A stretch of 64,000 bases of DNA from a bacterium (GTDB lineage: Bacteria > Cyanobacteriota > Sericytochromatia > S15B-MN24 > UBA4093), in the NCBI GenBank assembly GCA_035285805.1, contig JAYKJE010000008.1, positions 13,902-77,901 on the forward strand, read 5' to 3'. Shown one piece after another: positions 16,863 to 27,346 of this stretch. A program made the position numbers and the translations under genes. Positions within the stretch are counted from its first letter, which is position 1; each line of letters begins with the position of its first letter. The notes under the pieces were generated by a model, which made no database searches, was not told where the DNA came from, and saw nothing but the letters and a program-made list of their open reading frames with translations.

Positions 16863-18097
16863 AGGCCGAAGACCTCCTGGACGCCCCGGAGACCGCGAGC
16901 CAGGGCCTCGACCTCCTCGAGCGTGTTGTAGTAGGCGAAGCTGGCGCGGATCGTGGCGGGCACGCCAAATCGCTCCATGACGGGCTGGGCACAGTGATGC
17001 CCCACCCGCACGGCGATGCCTTCCTCGTCGAGCAGGCTGCCGACGTCATGCGGGTGGACGCCGCGCATCACGAACGAGAGCACCGAGGCCTTCTCGGGGG
17101 CCGTGCCGATGAGGCGGACGCCCGGCAGCGCGCCGACGAGCTCGGTGGCGCGCTCGAGCAGGGCGTGCTCGTGGGCGGCCGCCCGGTCGATCCCCACGGA
17201 GCGCAGGTACCGGATAGCCTCGGCCAGACCGATCTGCGGGGCGATCGCCGGGGTGCCCGCCTCGAAGCGATAGGGCAGGTCGTTGAAGACCGTCTCCTCG
17301 AAGCGGACTGAGACGATCATGTCCCCGCCGCCCATGTAGGGCCGCATCCGCTCGAGCCACGAGGCCTTGCCGTAGAGGGCGCCGCTGCCGGTCGGCCCCC
17401 CGAGCTTGTGGCCGGAGAAGGCATAGAAGTCGCAGCCGAGCGCCTGCACGTCGACGGCCAGGTGCGGGACGGCCTGCGCCCCGTCGACGAGCACGGGGAT
17501 CCCGCGGGCGTGGGCCATGCGGGTCATCTCGGCCACCGGGTTGATCGTGCCGAGCGCGTTCGAGACGTGGGCCACCCCGACCAGCTTGACCGGGCCCTCG
17601 AGCAACCGCTCGTAGGCCTCGAGGTCGAGGACTCCGCGATCGTCCATCGGGATCACGCGGATCTCGATGCCCCGCTCTTCGCGCAGGAGTTGCCAAGGCA
17701 CGATGTTGGCATGGTGTTCCATGGCAGAAAGCAGCACGATGTCTCCGGCCTGCATGAAGCTGCGGCCGAAGGAGTGGGCGACCAGGTTCATCGCCTCGGT
17801 CGTGCCGCGCGTGAAGATCGTCTCGCGGAGCGTCGGGATGTTGAGGAAGCTTCGCACGGTCTCCCGGGCGTCCTCGTAGGCCGTGGTCGCCTCGTGGCTC
17901 AGGGTGTGCACGCCGCGATGGACGTTGGCGTGCTCCTCGCGCTGGTAGCGGGCCACCCGCTCGATGACGCACGCCGGCATCTGGGCCGAGGCGGCATTGT
18001 CGAGGTACACGAGCGGCTTCCCGTGCACGGTCCGCGCGAGGATCGGGAAATCCGCGCGGATCCGGGCGATATCGAGCGGGGCGGAGGCGATCGCCAT
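16859..18097 (-). CDS. sufS: Group II cysteine desulfurase SufS
   Basis: Internal ATG at 18097, 5 nt after the sufD stop. YLDNAASAQ, RGTTEAMN, SGHKLGGPTG, RVGHHCAQP. Confidence 0.9.
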   Translation of the reverse strand: MAIASAPLDIARIRADFPILARTVHGKPLVYLDNAASAQMPACVIERVARYQREEHANVHRGVHTLSHEATTAYEDARETVRSFLNIPTLRETIFTRGTTEAMNLVAHSFGRSFMQAGDIVLLSAMEHHANIVPWQLLREERGIEIRVIPMDDRGVLDLEAYERLLEGPVKLVGVAHVSNALGTINPVAEMTRMAHARGIPVLVDGAQAVPHLAVDVQALGCDFYAFSGHKLGGPTGSGALYGKASWLERMRPYMGGGDMIVSVRFEETVFNDLPYRFEAGTPAIAPQIGLAEAIRYLRSVGIDRAAAHEHALLERATELVGALPGVRLIGTAPEKASVLSFVMRGVHPHDVGSLLDEEGIAVRVGHHCAQPVMERFGVPATIRASFAYYNTLEEVEALARGLRGVQEVFGL

Positions 18098-18102
18098 GGT
18101 CT

Positions 18103-19401
18103 TCACCCTTCCTGTCCGGTCTGGATCCGCCCGACCAGCTCGCCCTCGAGGTTCTCGGCGAGCTCGCGCAGGGGGATCTCGCGCAGGATCTCGGCCGCGA
18201 AGGCCCCGATGAGCAGCTTGCGCGCCGTCGCCACGTCGAGCCCGCGGCTCCGGAGGTAGAAGAGCTCCTCGTCCTCCAGCTGCCCGACGGTCGCCCCGTG
18301 CGTGCAGCGGACGTCGTCCGCGAAGATCTCGAGCTGCGGCTGGGCGCTCACGCGTGCCCGCGGCGAGAGGAGCAGGCTGCGGCTGACCTGCGACGCGTTC
18401 GTCTGCTGCGCCTCGCGCTCGACGCGGACCCGGCCGTTGAAGGCAGCCCGGCCCGTTCCCCCGACGATCGCCTTGTGGCGCTGGGCGGCCGTGCCGTGGG
18501 GCTGGTGGTGCCACAGGGTGGTGTGCAGGTCCGAGAACTGATCGTCACCTACCAGGGAGAGGGCGTCGAGGCGCACGGACGTGCCCGTGCCGACCTGCTC
18601 GACGGTGTGGTCGACGCGCGAGAAGCGCGCCCCCAGCGCGATGTCCGTGTGGCCGTAGTGGGCGTCGCGCGCGACGCGGACCCCGACCCGGCCCAGGTGG
18701 ACCGTGCGGGCACTCTCCCGCTGGACGCGGACGTGCTCCAGCCGCGCTCCCTCGCCCAGGACGATCTCGGTCCGGGCCAGCGTCACGCCGCCCGCCGCCG
18801 AGCCGAGCGCCTGGAAATCCTCGAACAGCGTGAGTTCTGCTCCCGTTTCGAGCACGACCAGCACGCGCGGCGCGGCCAGCCGGGGCGTGTCGCCCGGGTT
18901 GGCCAGGGTGATCATGAGCGGCAGCTCGATGCGGGTGTCGCGGGCGACACGCACGATCACCGCGTCCTGCCAGGTCGCGTCATGCAGGACGTCGAAGAAG
19001 GTTTCCCCTTCGAGGCGCGTGCTGCCGAACTCGGCGGGGAGTTCGGCGGAGGCCCCCGGGCTGGCGAGGCTCCGGATGGAGAGGCCGGGCGGACAGTTCC
19101 CGGCGCCGGGCATCTCGACCGTCCAGCCGCTCACGACGAACACCCGCGGGGCCACGTGAACCATCGGCAGGAGCCCGAGGCTCTGAGAGGTGGTCGGAGG
19201 CACCGAGGAGGGAGCCGCCGTCAGGACTGCGGGGAAGGCTCCAGCCAGCGGCGAGGCGCGCCAGCCCTCGGTGCGCGGAGTCGGCAGGACGAGCGACCGC
19301 AGGCGCTCGCGGGCACCGGATGCCCCCGGTCGGTCCGTCGCCGGGAGGGCGGCCAGCAGCGTGTCGCGCAGGCCGTCGAGGGCCGTGGCGGTCGTGCTCA
19401 T
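18103..19401 (-). CDS. sufD: Fe-S cluster assembly protein SufD
   Basis: Position between sufC and sufS. The C-terminal region (FYLRSRGL...ARKLLIGAF) is typical of the SufB/SufD family. ATGA overlap with sufC. Confidence 0.85.
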   Translation of the reverse strand: MSTTATALDGLRDTLLAALPATDRPGASGARERLRSLVLPTPRTEGWRASPLAGAFPAVLTAAPSSVPPTTSQSLGLLPMVHVAPRVFVVSGWTVEMPGAGNCPPGLSIRSLASPGASAELPAEFGSTRLEGETFFDVLHDATWQDAVIVRVARDTRIELPLMITLANPGDTPRLAAPRVLVVLETGAELTLFEDFQALGSAAGGVTLARTEIVLGEGARLEHVRVQRESARTVHLGRVGVRVARDAHYGHTDIALGARFSRVDHTVEQVGTGTSVRLDALSLVGDDQFSDLHTTLWHHQPHGTAAQRHKAIVGGTGRAAFNGRVRVEREAQQTNASQVSRSLLLSPRARVSAQPQLEIFADDVRCTHGATVGQLEDEELFYLRSRGLDVATARKLLIGAFAAEILREIPLRELAENLEGELVGRIQTGQEG

Positions 19402-20180
19402 CGGAGGACTCCGGCGTCGGCCTTGATCCAGTCGTAGCCGCGCTCTTCGAGATCGAGGGCGAGTTCCTTGCCGCCCGTCTTCAGGATGCGACCTGCGGCC
19501 ATGACATGCACGAAATCGGGCTGGATGTGGTCGAGCAGCCGCTGGTAGTGCGTGACCATGACGATCGCCCGGTCGGGCGTGGCAACCTGGTTGACCCCGG
19601 CGGACACGACGCGCAGGGCGTCGATATCGAGCCCCGAGTCGGTCTCGTCGAGGATGGCCAGGGCCGGCTCGAGGACGGCCAGCTGGAGGATCTCGTTGCG
19701 CTTCTTCTCACCACCCGAGAAGCCCTCGTTCACGCTACGGTCCAGGAACGCGGGATTCATCTCGACGACCTGGCACTTCTCGCGGATGAAGTCGTCGAAC
19801 TCGAGCGGGTCGAGCTCTTCCCCGCCGCGCGCGGCCTGCACCGAGTTGTAGGCGAGTCGCAGGAAGGCCGCGTTCGACACCCCGGGCAGCTCGATGGGGT
19901 ACTGGAAGGCCAGGAACATCCCGGCACGGGCCCGGTCTTCGGGCTCCATCGTGAGCAGGTCCTGCCCGAGGAAGGTCACGGTGCCTGCCGTGACCTCGTA
20001 GTCGGGGTGGCCGGCCAGCACCTTCGAGAAGGTGCTCTTGCCGGACCCGTTGGGCCCCATGATGGCGTGGATCTCGCCGGCGCGGACCGTGAGATCGAGC
20101 CCCTTGAGGATCTCGACGTCCCCGATGCGGGCATGAAGTCCGCGGACTTCGAGAAGGATGGGCGCCTCGGGCCGGATCAT
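19398..20180 (-). CDS. sufC: Fe-S cluster assembly ATPase SufC
   Basis: Internal ATG at 20180 (ATGA overlap with the sufB stop). Walker [10 protein letters not shown], signature FSGGEKKR, Walker [13 protein letters not shown]. Confidence 0.9.
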   Translation of the reverse strand: MIRPEAPILLEVRGLHARIGDVEILKGLDLTVRAGEIHAIMGPNGSGKSTFSKVLAGHPDYEVTAGTVTFLGQDLLTMEPEDRARAGMFLAFQYPIELPGVSNAAFLRLAYNSVQAARGGEELDPLEFDDFIREKCQVVEMNPAFLDRSVNEGFSGGEKKRNEILQLAVLEPALAILDETDSGLDIDALRVVSAGVNQVATPDRAIVMVTHYQRLLDHIQPDFVHVMAAGRILKTGGKELALDLEERGYDWIKADAGVLR

Positions 20181-21607
20181 CCGACACTCCCTTCGAGCTT
20201 GAGTCCCAGCAGCTTGGTGGCCTCGACGGCGAACTCCATGGGCAGCTGGGTGAACACGTCCTTGCAGAACCCGTTGATGATCATCGAGATCGCTTCTTCC
20301 GATCCGATGCCTCGCTGGGCGAAATAGAAGAGCTGGTCCTCGCCGATGCGCGAGGTCGAGGCCTCGTGCTCGATGCGGGCGGTTGGGTTCGCCACGTCCA
20401 GCGTCGGGAAGGTGCTGGCCTCCGAGCGATCGCCGATGAGCATCGAGTCGCACTGCGAATAGTTGCGGGCATCCCGAGCGCCCGGCATGACCTTGACCTC
20501 GCCCCGGTACGAATTGTGCGAGCGGCCGGCCGAGATGCCCTTCGAGATGATCGTGCTGCGCGTGCGCTTGCCGATGTGGATCATCTTGGTCCCGGTGTCG
20601 GCCTGCTGCATGTGGTTCGTGAGCGCGACCGAGTAGAACTCCCCGGTCGAGTCATCGCCCAGCAGCACGCAGCTGGGGTACTTCCAGGTGATGGCCGAGC
20701 CCGTCTCGACCTGGGTCCAGCTGATGCGGCTGCGGGCGCCCTTGCAGAGACCGCGCTTGGTGACGAAGTTGAAGATGCCGCCCTTGCCGTCGGCATCCCC
20801 GGCATACCAGTTCTGGACCGTCGAGTACTTGATGTCCGCGTCCTCGAGCGCCACGAGCTCGACGACGGCCGCGTGGAGCTGGTTCGTGTCGAATTGCGGG
20901 GCCGTGCAGCCCTCGAGGTAACTCACGGAGCTGCGCTCCTCGGCCACGATGAGCGTGCGCTCGAACTGCCCCGACTCCTGGTTGTTGATCCGGAAGTAGG
21001 TCGAGAGCTCCATCGGGCAGGCCGTGTCCTTCGGGATGAAGCAGAAGGACCCATCCGTGAAGACCGCCGAGTTGAGCGCGGCGTAGTAGTTGTCGGTGTA
21101 GGGGACGACGGAGCCGAGGTAAGCCCGGACGAGCTCGGGGTGCTTCTGGACGGCTTCCGAGATCGAGCAGAAAATGACGCCCGCCTCGGCCAGCTTCGTC
21201 TTGAAGGTCGTCGCCACCGAGACGCTGTCGAACACCACGTCGACGGCCACGTTGGCGAGCTGTTTCTGCTCGGAGAGCGGGATGCCCAGCTTCTCGAAGG
21301 TCCGCAGCAGCTCGGGATCGACCTCGTCGAGCGAGTTCAGCTGCTTTTTCGGCTTCGGGGCCGAGTAGTAGACGATGTCCTGGAAGTCGATCGGGGGGTG
21401 CGAGACGTTGGCCCAGGTGGGCGGCGTCAGCGTCAGCCAGTGGCGGAAGGCCTTCAGCCGGAACTCGAGCAGCCAGTCGGGCTCCTGCTTCTTGGCCGAG
21501 ATGGCCCGGACGGTATCCTCGGTCAGCCCGGGGGGCAACGTCTCGGATTCGATGTCCGTCACGAAGCCATGCTTGTAGGGCTGGTTGACCAGGGTCTCGA
21601 GACTCAC
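20177..21607 (-). CDS. sufB: Fe-S cluster assembly scaffold SufB
   Basis: GTG at 21607 after AGGAG. 476 aa with strongly SufB-like sequence throughout ([32 protein letters not shown]). Confidence 0.95.
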   Translation of the reverse strand: MSLETLVNQPYKHGFVTDIESETLPPGLTEDTVRAISAKKQEPDWLLEFRLKAFRHWLTLTPPTWANVSHPPIDFQDIVYYSAPKPKKQLNSLDEVDPELLRTFEKLGIPLSEQKQLANVAVDVVFDSVSVATTFKTKLAEAGVIFCSISEAVQKHPELVRAYLGSVVPYTDNYYAALNSAVFTDGSFCFIPKDTACPMELSTYFRINNQESGQFERTLIVAEERSSVSYLEGCTAPQFDTNQLHAAVVELVALEDADIKYSTVQNWYAGDADGKGGIFNFVTKRGLCKGARSRISWTQVETGSAITWKYPSCVLLGDDSTGEFYSVALTNHMQQADTGTKMIHIGKRTRSTIISKGISAGRSHNSYRGEVKVMPGARDARNYSQCDSMLIGDRSEASTFPTLDVANPTARIEHEASTSRIGEDQLFYFAQRGIGSEEAISMIINGFCKDVFTQLPMEFAVEATKLLGLKLEGSVG

Positions 21608-21642
21608 GGGTGGGCTCCTGCTCGGGCGAGGAAGGGACGCTC

Positions 21643-21678
21643 ATAAATCAGACTAAAAAGGTCCGATTTATCTGATTT
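21643..21678 (-). promoter_or_regulatory. AT-rich interlocked inverted repeats (candidate Rrf2/IscR-type operator) in the sufB leader
   Basis: ATAAATC-N15-GATTTAT and AAATCAGA-N18-TCTGATTT, both perfect. On the minus strand it reads ATAAATCGGACCTTTTTAGTCTGATTTAT and lies directly downstream of the -10 hexamer. Confidence 0.5.
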
Positions 21679-21679
21679 G

Positions 21680-21708
21680 AATGTACGGCATCCCGGGAGG
21701 GGAGTCAA
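21680..21708 (-). promoter_or_regulatory. Sigma70-like promoter of the suf string (TTGACT-17 nt-TACATT on the minus strand)
   Basis: Plus-strand AGTCAA at 21703-21708 and AATGTA at 21680-21685, with exactly 17 nt between them. About 70 nt upstream of the sufB GTG. Confidence 0.5.
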
Positions 21709-21835
21709 CGGGCGAAGATGGCCGTGGGGAGCCCCTCGCCGGTTTCCGGGAGGCGATCGTTCCTTGACAAATCGTGAACTCCCGGAGCCCCGGGGGACCT
21801 TCCGTCTCCCGCCCTGCGTGGCTACCATGAGATGA

Positions 21836-23731
21836 ATGGCATCGTCGTGCGGGTCGGGAGGTCCAGGCGTGGAGGTCATCGTCATCGGGGGAGGGCATGC
21901 AGGCTGCGAGGCCGCGCTGGCGGCAGCGCGCCTGGGCGCCCGTACGATCATGGTCACGTCCTCGTTCGAGACGGTCGCCAGCATGCCCTGCAACCCCGCG
22001 ATCGGGGGGCCTGCCAAGGCGAACCTCGTGCGCGAGGTCGACGCACTCGGCGGCGAGATGGCCCGGGTCGGCGACCGCACGGCCCTGCAGATCAAGGTGC
22101 TCAACTCCAGCCGGGGTCCCGCCGTCCAGGCCCTTCGTGCCCAGTCCGACAAGGCCCGGTACGCCCGGGCCATGCAGGAAGTGCTGCGCGCGCAGGCGGG
22201 CCTGGACATCGTCGAGGCCCTCGTCGCCCACCTGCGTCCGCGAGAGGGGGGAGGTCTCGAGGTCGAACTCCTCGACGGGCGCGTCCTGTCGGCGCCCGCC
22301 GTCGTGCTCACGACGGGGACGTTCCTGCGCGGCAAGCTGTTCACGGGCCTAGAGGCGACCCCGGGGGGGCGCCGCGGCGAGCCCCCGGCCCAGCACCTCA
22401 CGGCGAGCCTGCACGCGCTCGGCCTGCGGACCGGACGGCTCAAGACGGGCACGCCCCCGCGCGTGGACGGGCGCAGCCTCGACTTCGACCGGATGGACCT
22501 CGCGCCAGGCGGGGGACCCGAGCTGCGACTCTCCTTCATGCCCTCCGGGGAGACGTGCCCGCAGGTCCCGTGTTATCTGACGCGCACCACCCTCGAGACG
22601 CACGCCATCATCCAGGGCGCCCTGGATCGGTCCCCGATGTTCCGCGGCCTCATCGAGGGCGTGGGGCCGCGTTACTGTCCGAGCATCGAGGACAAGGTCG
22701 TGCGCTTCGCAGACAAGGAATCGCACCCCATCTTCGTGGAACCCGAGGGGGCCGACACGCACGAGTGGTACGTCCAGGGCTTCAGCACGAGTCTCCCGGC
22801 CGAGGTCCAGGAGCGCATGCTGCGCACGCTTCCCGGCCTCGAGCAGGTCGTCATGCTCAAGCCGGGCTATGCCGTCGAATACGACTACATCCCGGCGATC
22901 CAGCTCAAGGCCTCGCTCGAGGTCAAGCACGTCCCGGGTTTCTTCACGGCCGGCCAGATCAACGGGACCTCGGGATACGAGGAGGCGGCTGCCCAGGGGA
23001 TCGTGGCCGGCATCAACGCTGCACGGCTGGCCCTGGGCCAGGAGCCTGTCGTCTTCCCCCGACATCAGAGCTACATCGGGACGCTCATCGACGACCTCGT
23101 CACGAAGGACCTCGACGAGCCCTACCGCATGCTCACGAGCCGGGCCGAGCATCGCCTGACGCTCCGGCAAGACAATGCCGACGAGCGCCTGACGCCGCTC
23201 GGGCGCGAGCTGGGCCTGGTCGACGAGGCCCGATGGGCGCGATTCGAGGCCAAGCAGGCGGCGATCGCCACCGAGGAGACCTGGTTGCGCACCACGCGGC
23301 TCGTGCCGGGTGAGGCGGCCCAGGAGGCGCTTGCCGCCGTGGGCGAACGCCTCGAGCGCGTCGTCACCGCCGAGGAGCTGCTCCGGCGCCCCCCCGTGCC
23401 CATCGAGCTCGTCTACCGGCTGGCCTGTCGTGACCCCGGTACGGTCGATGCCGAGGTCCGCGAGCAGCTGTCCATCCGCACCAAGTACGCCGGCTACATC
23501 GTCCGCCAGGCCGAACACATCGCCCGGCTCGAGCGTCACGAACACCGTTCCATCCCCGACGATCTCGATTACGGCGGCGTCACGGGGCTGTCCCGCGAGG
23601 CTTTCGACAAGCTCACCCGGGTCCGGCCGGGCACCGTCGGCCAGGCTGCCCGCGTCGGGGGCGTGACCCCCGCGGACGTGCAGCTCCTGCTCATCCATCT
23701 CGAATCGCGCCTGCGCGCCGCACGCGCCTGA
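21836..23731 (+). CDS. mnmG: tRNA uridine 5-carboxymethylaminomethyl modification enzyme MnmG (GidA)
   Basis: [61 protein letters not shown]. Confidence 0.95.
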   Translation: MASSCGSGGPGVEVIVIGGGHAGCEAALAAARLGARTIMVTSSFETVASMPCNPAIGGPAKANLVREVDALGGEMARVGDRTALQIKVLNSSRGPAVQALRAQSDKARYARAMQEVLRAQAGLDIVEALVAHLRPREGGGLEVELLDGRVLSAPAVVLTTGTFLRGKLFTGLEATPGGRRGEPPAQHLTASLHALGLRTGRLKTGTPPRVDGRSLDFDRMDLAPGGGPELRLSFMPSGETCPQVPCYLTRTTLETHAIIQGALDRSPMFRGLIEGVGPRYCPSIEDKVVRFADKESHPIFVEPEGADTHEWYVQGFSTSLPAEVQERMLRTLPGLEQVVMLKPGYAVEYDYIPAIQLKASLEVKHVPGFFTAGQINGTSGYEEAAAQGIVAGINAARLALGQEPVVFPRHQSYIGTLIDDLVTKDLDEPYRMLTSRAEHRLTLRQDNADERLTPLGRELGLVDEARWARFEAKQAAIATEETWLRTTRLVPGEAAQEALAAVGERLERVVTAEELLRRPPVPIELVYRLACRDPGTVDAEVREQLSIRTKYAGYIVRQAEHIARLERHEHRSIPDDLDYGGVTGLSREAFDKLTRVRPGTVGQAARVGGVTPADVQLLLIHLESRLRAARA

Positions 23732-23742
23732 AACGGACCCTC

Positions 23743-26604
23743 ATGCCCGATCACACCTGCATCCGCATCCGCGGTGCCCGCACCCACAACCTCCGGAACA
23801 TCGACCTCGAGATCCCGCGGGATCGTCTGGTGGTCTTCACGGGCGTGAGCGGTTCGGGCAAGAGTTCCCTGGCCTTCGACACCCTGTTCGCGGAGGGGCA
23901 GCGGCGCTACGTCGAGAGCCTGTCGGCCTACGCCCGCCAGTTCCTGGGACAGATGGACAAGCCCGATGTGGATGCCATCGAGGGCCTGAGCCCGGCCATC
24001 TCGATCGATCAGAAATCGACCTCGCACAACCCCCGTTCGACCGTGGGGACCGTGACCGAGATCTACGACCACCTGCGGCTGCTCTATGCCCGCGTCGGGA
24101 CGCCTCACTGTCCGTCCTGCGGCAAGCCCATCAACCCGCAGACCGTCGAGCAGATCGTCGATCAGGTCCTGGCCTGGCCCGCGAACACGCGCTTTCAGGT
24201 TCTCGCTCCCATCGCGCGCGGGCGCAAGGGCGAGTTCCGCAAGGAGCTGGAGGAGGCGCGCAAGGAAGGGTTCGTGCGGGCCCGCATCGATGGCGAGGTC
24301 CGGGAGCTGTCCGAGGAGATCGTCCTCGACAAGCAGCGCAAGCATGACATCGCGATCGTCATCGACCGCCTGATGGTCAAGCCGGACATCGCTTCCCGCC
24401 TCGCCGACAGCCTCGGGACGGCGCTGCGCAAGGGGGAAGGTCTCGTCCTCGTCCAGGACATGGGCACCCGCGAGGCTCCGCACGACCGGGACGTCCTCTT
24501 CAGCGAGCACTTCTCGTGCGCCGATTGCGGCGTGAGCATCCCCGAGATCGCGCCGCGGCTCTTCTCGTTCAACAGCCCCTTCGGCGCCTGCCCGGCATGT
24601 CATGGTCTCGGCTCCAGCCAGGAGCTCGATCCGCGTCGCGTGGTGCCCGATCCGACGCGCAGCCTCGCCGAGGGGGCCATCGTGCCCTGGGCACGCACCG
24701 GGAATCCTTACTACTTGCAACTGCTGGGCGGGCTCGCCGAGCTCCGCGGTTTCACCCTGCAGACGCCGTTCCAGGATCTCCCGACCGAGATCCAGCAGCT
24801 CCTCCTGCACGGCAGCGACGAACCCATGCGTCTCAGGACCGAGAGCTGGTCCCGGTCGGGTGACTGGAGCTTCACCACGCGCTACGAGGGCGTCCTGCCC
24901 CAGCTCCGGCGACGGTACCAGGAGTCGACGTCCGAGAAGTTCCGCGAGGAGCTCCAGTCCTACATGACCCTGCGCCCCTGCGAGACCTGCCACGGGAAGC
25001 GTCTGAAGCCGGAAGCCCTGGCCGTCACGGTGGGGGGGCTCTCGATCGCCGACCTGACGGCGCGCTCGCTCCGCGAGAACGAGCTGTTCCTCGACGGGCT
25101 CGAGCTGACCGAGCGTCAGCAGGTCATCGCGCGGCAGCTGCTCAAGGAGATCCGGGCCCGGGTGACGTTCCTGCTCGACGTGGGGCTCGACTACCTGACG
25201 CTCGACCGGTCCGCCAACACCCTGTCGGGCGGTGAGGCGCAGCGGATCCGGCTGGCTACCCAGATCGGCTCCGGTCTCACCGGAGTCCTGTACATCCTCG
25301 ACGAACCCAGCATCGGGCTGCATCAGCGCGACAACGAGCGGCTGCTGGCGACGCTCACGCGGCTCCGGGACCTGGGCAACACGCTCATCGTCGTCGAGCA
25401 CGACGAGGACACCATCCGTCTGGCCGACCACCTTGTGGACGTCGGCCCCCGTGCCGGCGTTCACGGGGGGCGGATCGTCGTCTCGGGCCCTCTCGCCGAG
25501 CTGCTTGCCTCGGAGGAGAGCCTCACGGCGGCTTATCTGCGGGGCGATCGCCAGATCGTCGTTCCCGCTGAAAGGCGTGCCGGCAACGGTCGGGCCATTC
25601 GCTTGCTCGGTGCCCATCTGCACAACCTCAAGCAGATCGATGTCGAGATCCCGCTCGGCCAGTTCGTCGTCGTGACCGGGGTGAGTGGTTCGGGCAAGTC
25701 GACCCTCGTCCACGACGTCCTGTTGCCGGCCATCGAGCACGTCTGGTCGAAGGGGCCGGCGCCCGAGGGTTTGCGCGGCTGGGAAGGCCTCGAGCACATC
25801 GACAAGGCCATCGTCATCGACCAGGCTCCCATCGGTCGGACGCCTCGCTCCAACCCCGCAACCTACACGGGCCTGTTCGACATCATCCGCGAGGTGTTCG
25901 CCTCGACGAACGACGCCAAGATGCGGGGGTACCAGGCCGGTCGGTTCTCGTTCAACGTCAAGGGCGGACGCTGCGAGGCCTGCAAGGGGGAGGGCATGAA
26001 CGTCATCGAGATGCAGTTCCTGCCGGACGTGTACGTGCCCTGCGACGTCTGCAAGGGCAAGCGCTACAACCGGGAGACGCTCGAGGTGCGCTTCAAGGGG
26101 AGATCGATCGCGGACGTGCTCGCCATGACCGTCGCGGAGGCCGTCGAGTTCTTCTCGAGCATCCCGCGGGCCGTCACGAAACTCCGGACCCTCATGGACG
26201 TGGGCCTCGACTACATCCAGCTCGGGCAGCCCGCCACCACGCTCTCGGGTGGTGAGGCCCAGCGCGTCAAGCTGGCGACCGAACTTTCCCGGAGATCGAC
26301 CGGTCGCACGTTGTACCTGCTCGACGAGCCCACCACGGGCCTGCATTTCTATGACGTGGACAAGCTGCTGGGGGTCCTGCAGCGCCTGGTGGACGGCGGC
26401 AATACCGTGCTCTGCATCGAGCACAGCCTCGATGTCATCAAGGTCTCGGACCACGTGATCGATCTGGGGCCCGAGGGGGGCTTCCGGGGTGGCACGCTGG
26501 TGGCAGCCGGCACTCCCGAACAGGTGGCCATGGTTCCGGGATCGCACACCGGGCGATTTTTGAGGCCCGTGCTTGCGATCCCGGATCCGGTACCGGCGTC
26601 CTAA
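23743..26604 (+). CDS. uvrA: Excinuclease ABC subunit A
   Basis: 953 aa. [12 protein letters not shown], two Walker A motifs ([12 protein letters not shown]; [10 protein letters not shown]), zinc modules (CPSCG; CADCG; CEACKGEG ... CDVCKGKR), two LSGGEAQR signatures. Confidence 0.97.
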   Translation: MPDHTCIRIRGARTHNLRNIDLEIPRDRLVVFTGVSGSGKSSLAFDTLFAEGQRRYVESLSAYARQFLGQMDKPDVDAIEGLSPAISIDQKSTSHNPRSTVGTVTEIYDHLRLLYARVGTPHCPSCGKPINPQTVEQIVDQVLAWPANTRFQVLAPIARGRKGEFRKELEEARKEGFVRARIDGEVRELSEEIVLDKQRKHDIAIVIDRLMVKPDIASRLADSLGTALRKGEGLVLVQDMGTREAPHDRDVLFSEHFSCADCGVSIPEIAPRLFSFNSPFGACPACHGLGSSQELDPRRVVPDPTRSLAEGAIVPWARTGNPYYLQLLGGLAELRGFTLQTPFQDLPTEIQQLLLHGSDEPMRLRTESWSRSGDWSFTTRYEGVLPQLRRRYQESTSEKFREELQSYMTLRPCETCHGKRLKPEALAVTVGGLSIADLTARSLRENELFLDGLELTERQQVIARQLLKEIRARVTFLLDVGLDYLTLDRSANTLSGGEAQRIRLATQIGSGLTGVLYILDEPSIGLHQRDNERLLATLTRLRDLGNTLIVVEHDEDTIRLADHLVDVGPRAGVHGGRIVVSGPLAELLASEESLTAAYLRGDRQIVVPAERRAGNGRAIRLLGAHLHNLKQIDVEIPLGQFVVVTGVSGSGKSTLVHDVLLPAIEHVWSKGPAPEGLRGWEGLEHIDKAIVIDQAPIGRTPRSNPATYTGLFDIIREVFASTNDAKMRGYQAGRFSFNVKGGRCEACKGEGMNVIEMQFLPDVYVPCDVCKGKRYNRETLEVRFKGRSIADVLAMTVAEAVEFFSSIPRAVTKLRTLMDVGLDYIQLGQPATTLSGGEAQRVKLATELSRRSTGRTLYLLDEPTTGLHFYDVDKLLGVLQRLVDGGNTVLCIEHSLDVIKVSDHVIDLGPEGGFRGGTLVAAGTPEQVAMVPGSHTGRFLRPVLAIPDPVPAS

Positions 26605-26764
26605 CATTTGTTAAATCGTGTTTCTACCTTCCGGATCCGGGTAAGTTACGGTAGCCGACACCGTCGCAGGTCTCGCGACGAATCGTCCGGTTGTCCGTGG
26701 TGGGCGCCACAAGCCGCTTCGGACCTCCGGATGCAATCCACGACGAGAGGGTGAGCCTTCAGGC

Positions 26765-27238
26765 ATGACTGTTGCGAGCGCAGATTACGTCGAGTCCTTT
26801 TGTTCCGCCGCGGAGATGGTGCTGTCCCAGTTGCTCGGTGACAGCCCCGTGCGCGGAGATCTGGTCGATCTCACCACTCCGGTTTTCCCCCTCCAGCAGG
26901 TCAACATCGGGGTGGGCATCACCGGCGAAGTCCGGGGACAGGTCAACTTCGGGTTCGATCGTTCCACCGGCCTCGCGATCGCCGGGGCCATGATGTACGA
27001 GGAAATCGCCGATTTCTCCGAGATGGCGCTGTCGGCACTCTGCGAGTTGTCGAACATGATCTCGGGCAACGCCACGATCGGGATCAGCGCCGCGGGTATC
27101 AAATGTGACATCACGCCCCCCACCATCCTGATGGGGGCCAGTGTCCGGGCCTCCTGGTTCGGCATGCGGAGTGTCGCCGTGCCCCTGCAACTGGCCTGCG
27201 GTGTCGTGCACGTCACGGTGGGTATCCGGATCGACTAG
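26765..27238 (+). CDS. CheX/CheC-family chemotaxis phosphatase-like protein
   Basis: 157 aa. The E-x2-N motif in ALCELSNMISGNA is followed about 21-22 residues later by PP, as in CheC/CheX/FliY phosphatase motifs. Confidence 0.65.
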   Translation: MTVASADYVESFCSAAEMVLSQLLGDSPVRGDLVDLTTPVFPLQQVNIGVGITGEVRGQVNFGFDRSTGLAIAGAMMYEEIADFSEMALSALCELSNMISGNATIGISAAGIKCDITPPTILMGASVRASWFGMRSVAVPLQLACGVVHVTVGIRID

Positions 27239-27249
27239 CGTCGCGTCGC

Positions 27250-27272
27250 GCCCTGCCTTTACAATGCAGGGC
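27250..27272 (+). terminator. Weak hairpin after the CheX-like gene (7-bp stem, 9-nt loop)
   Basis: GCCCTGC-ctttacaat-GCAGGGC. Confidence 0.3.
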
Positions 27273-27346
27273 CGAGAGGGCAGCGCCCTTCACCGTCGGA
27301 ACGTCCGCGGTGACAGGGCGCTTCACATTGTGGCGAAGGAGTTTCG

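Noticed and set aside
21764-21769. Perfect TTGACA upstream of mnmG
   Set aside because: No acceptable -10 hexamer at 16-19 nt spacing (the sequence there is GCCCCG), so it is not called as a promoter.
23569-26607. 1012-aa minus-strand ORF
   Set aside because: Exactly antisense to uvrA (Walker, zinc-finger and ABC signature motifs on the plus strand); low-complexity R/G/D/E/L translation.
26581-26640. Two copies of the palindrome CCGGATCCGG flanking the uvrA stop
   Set aside because: A short (10 bp) self-complementary G+C-rich string is expected by chance in this composition. One copy is inside coding sequence, and there is no extended stem or U-tract.
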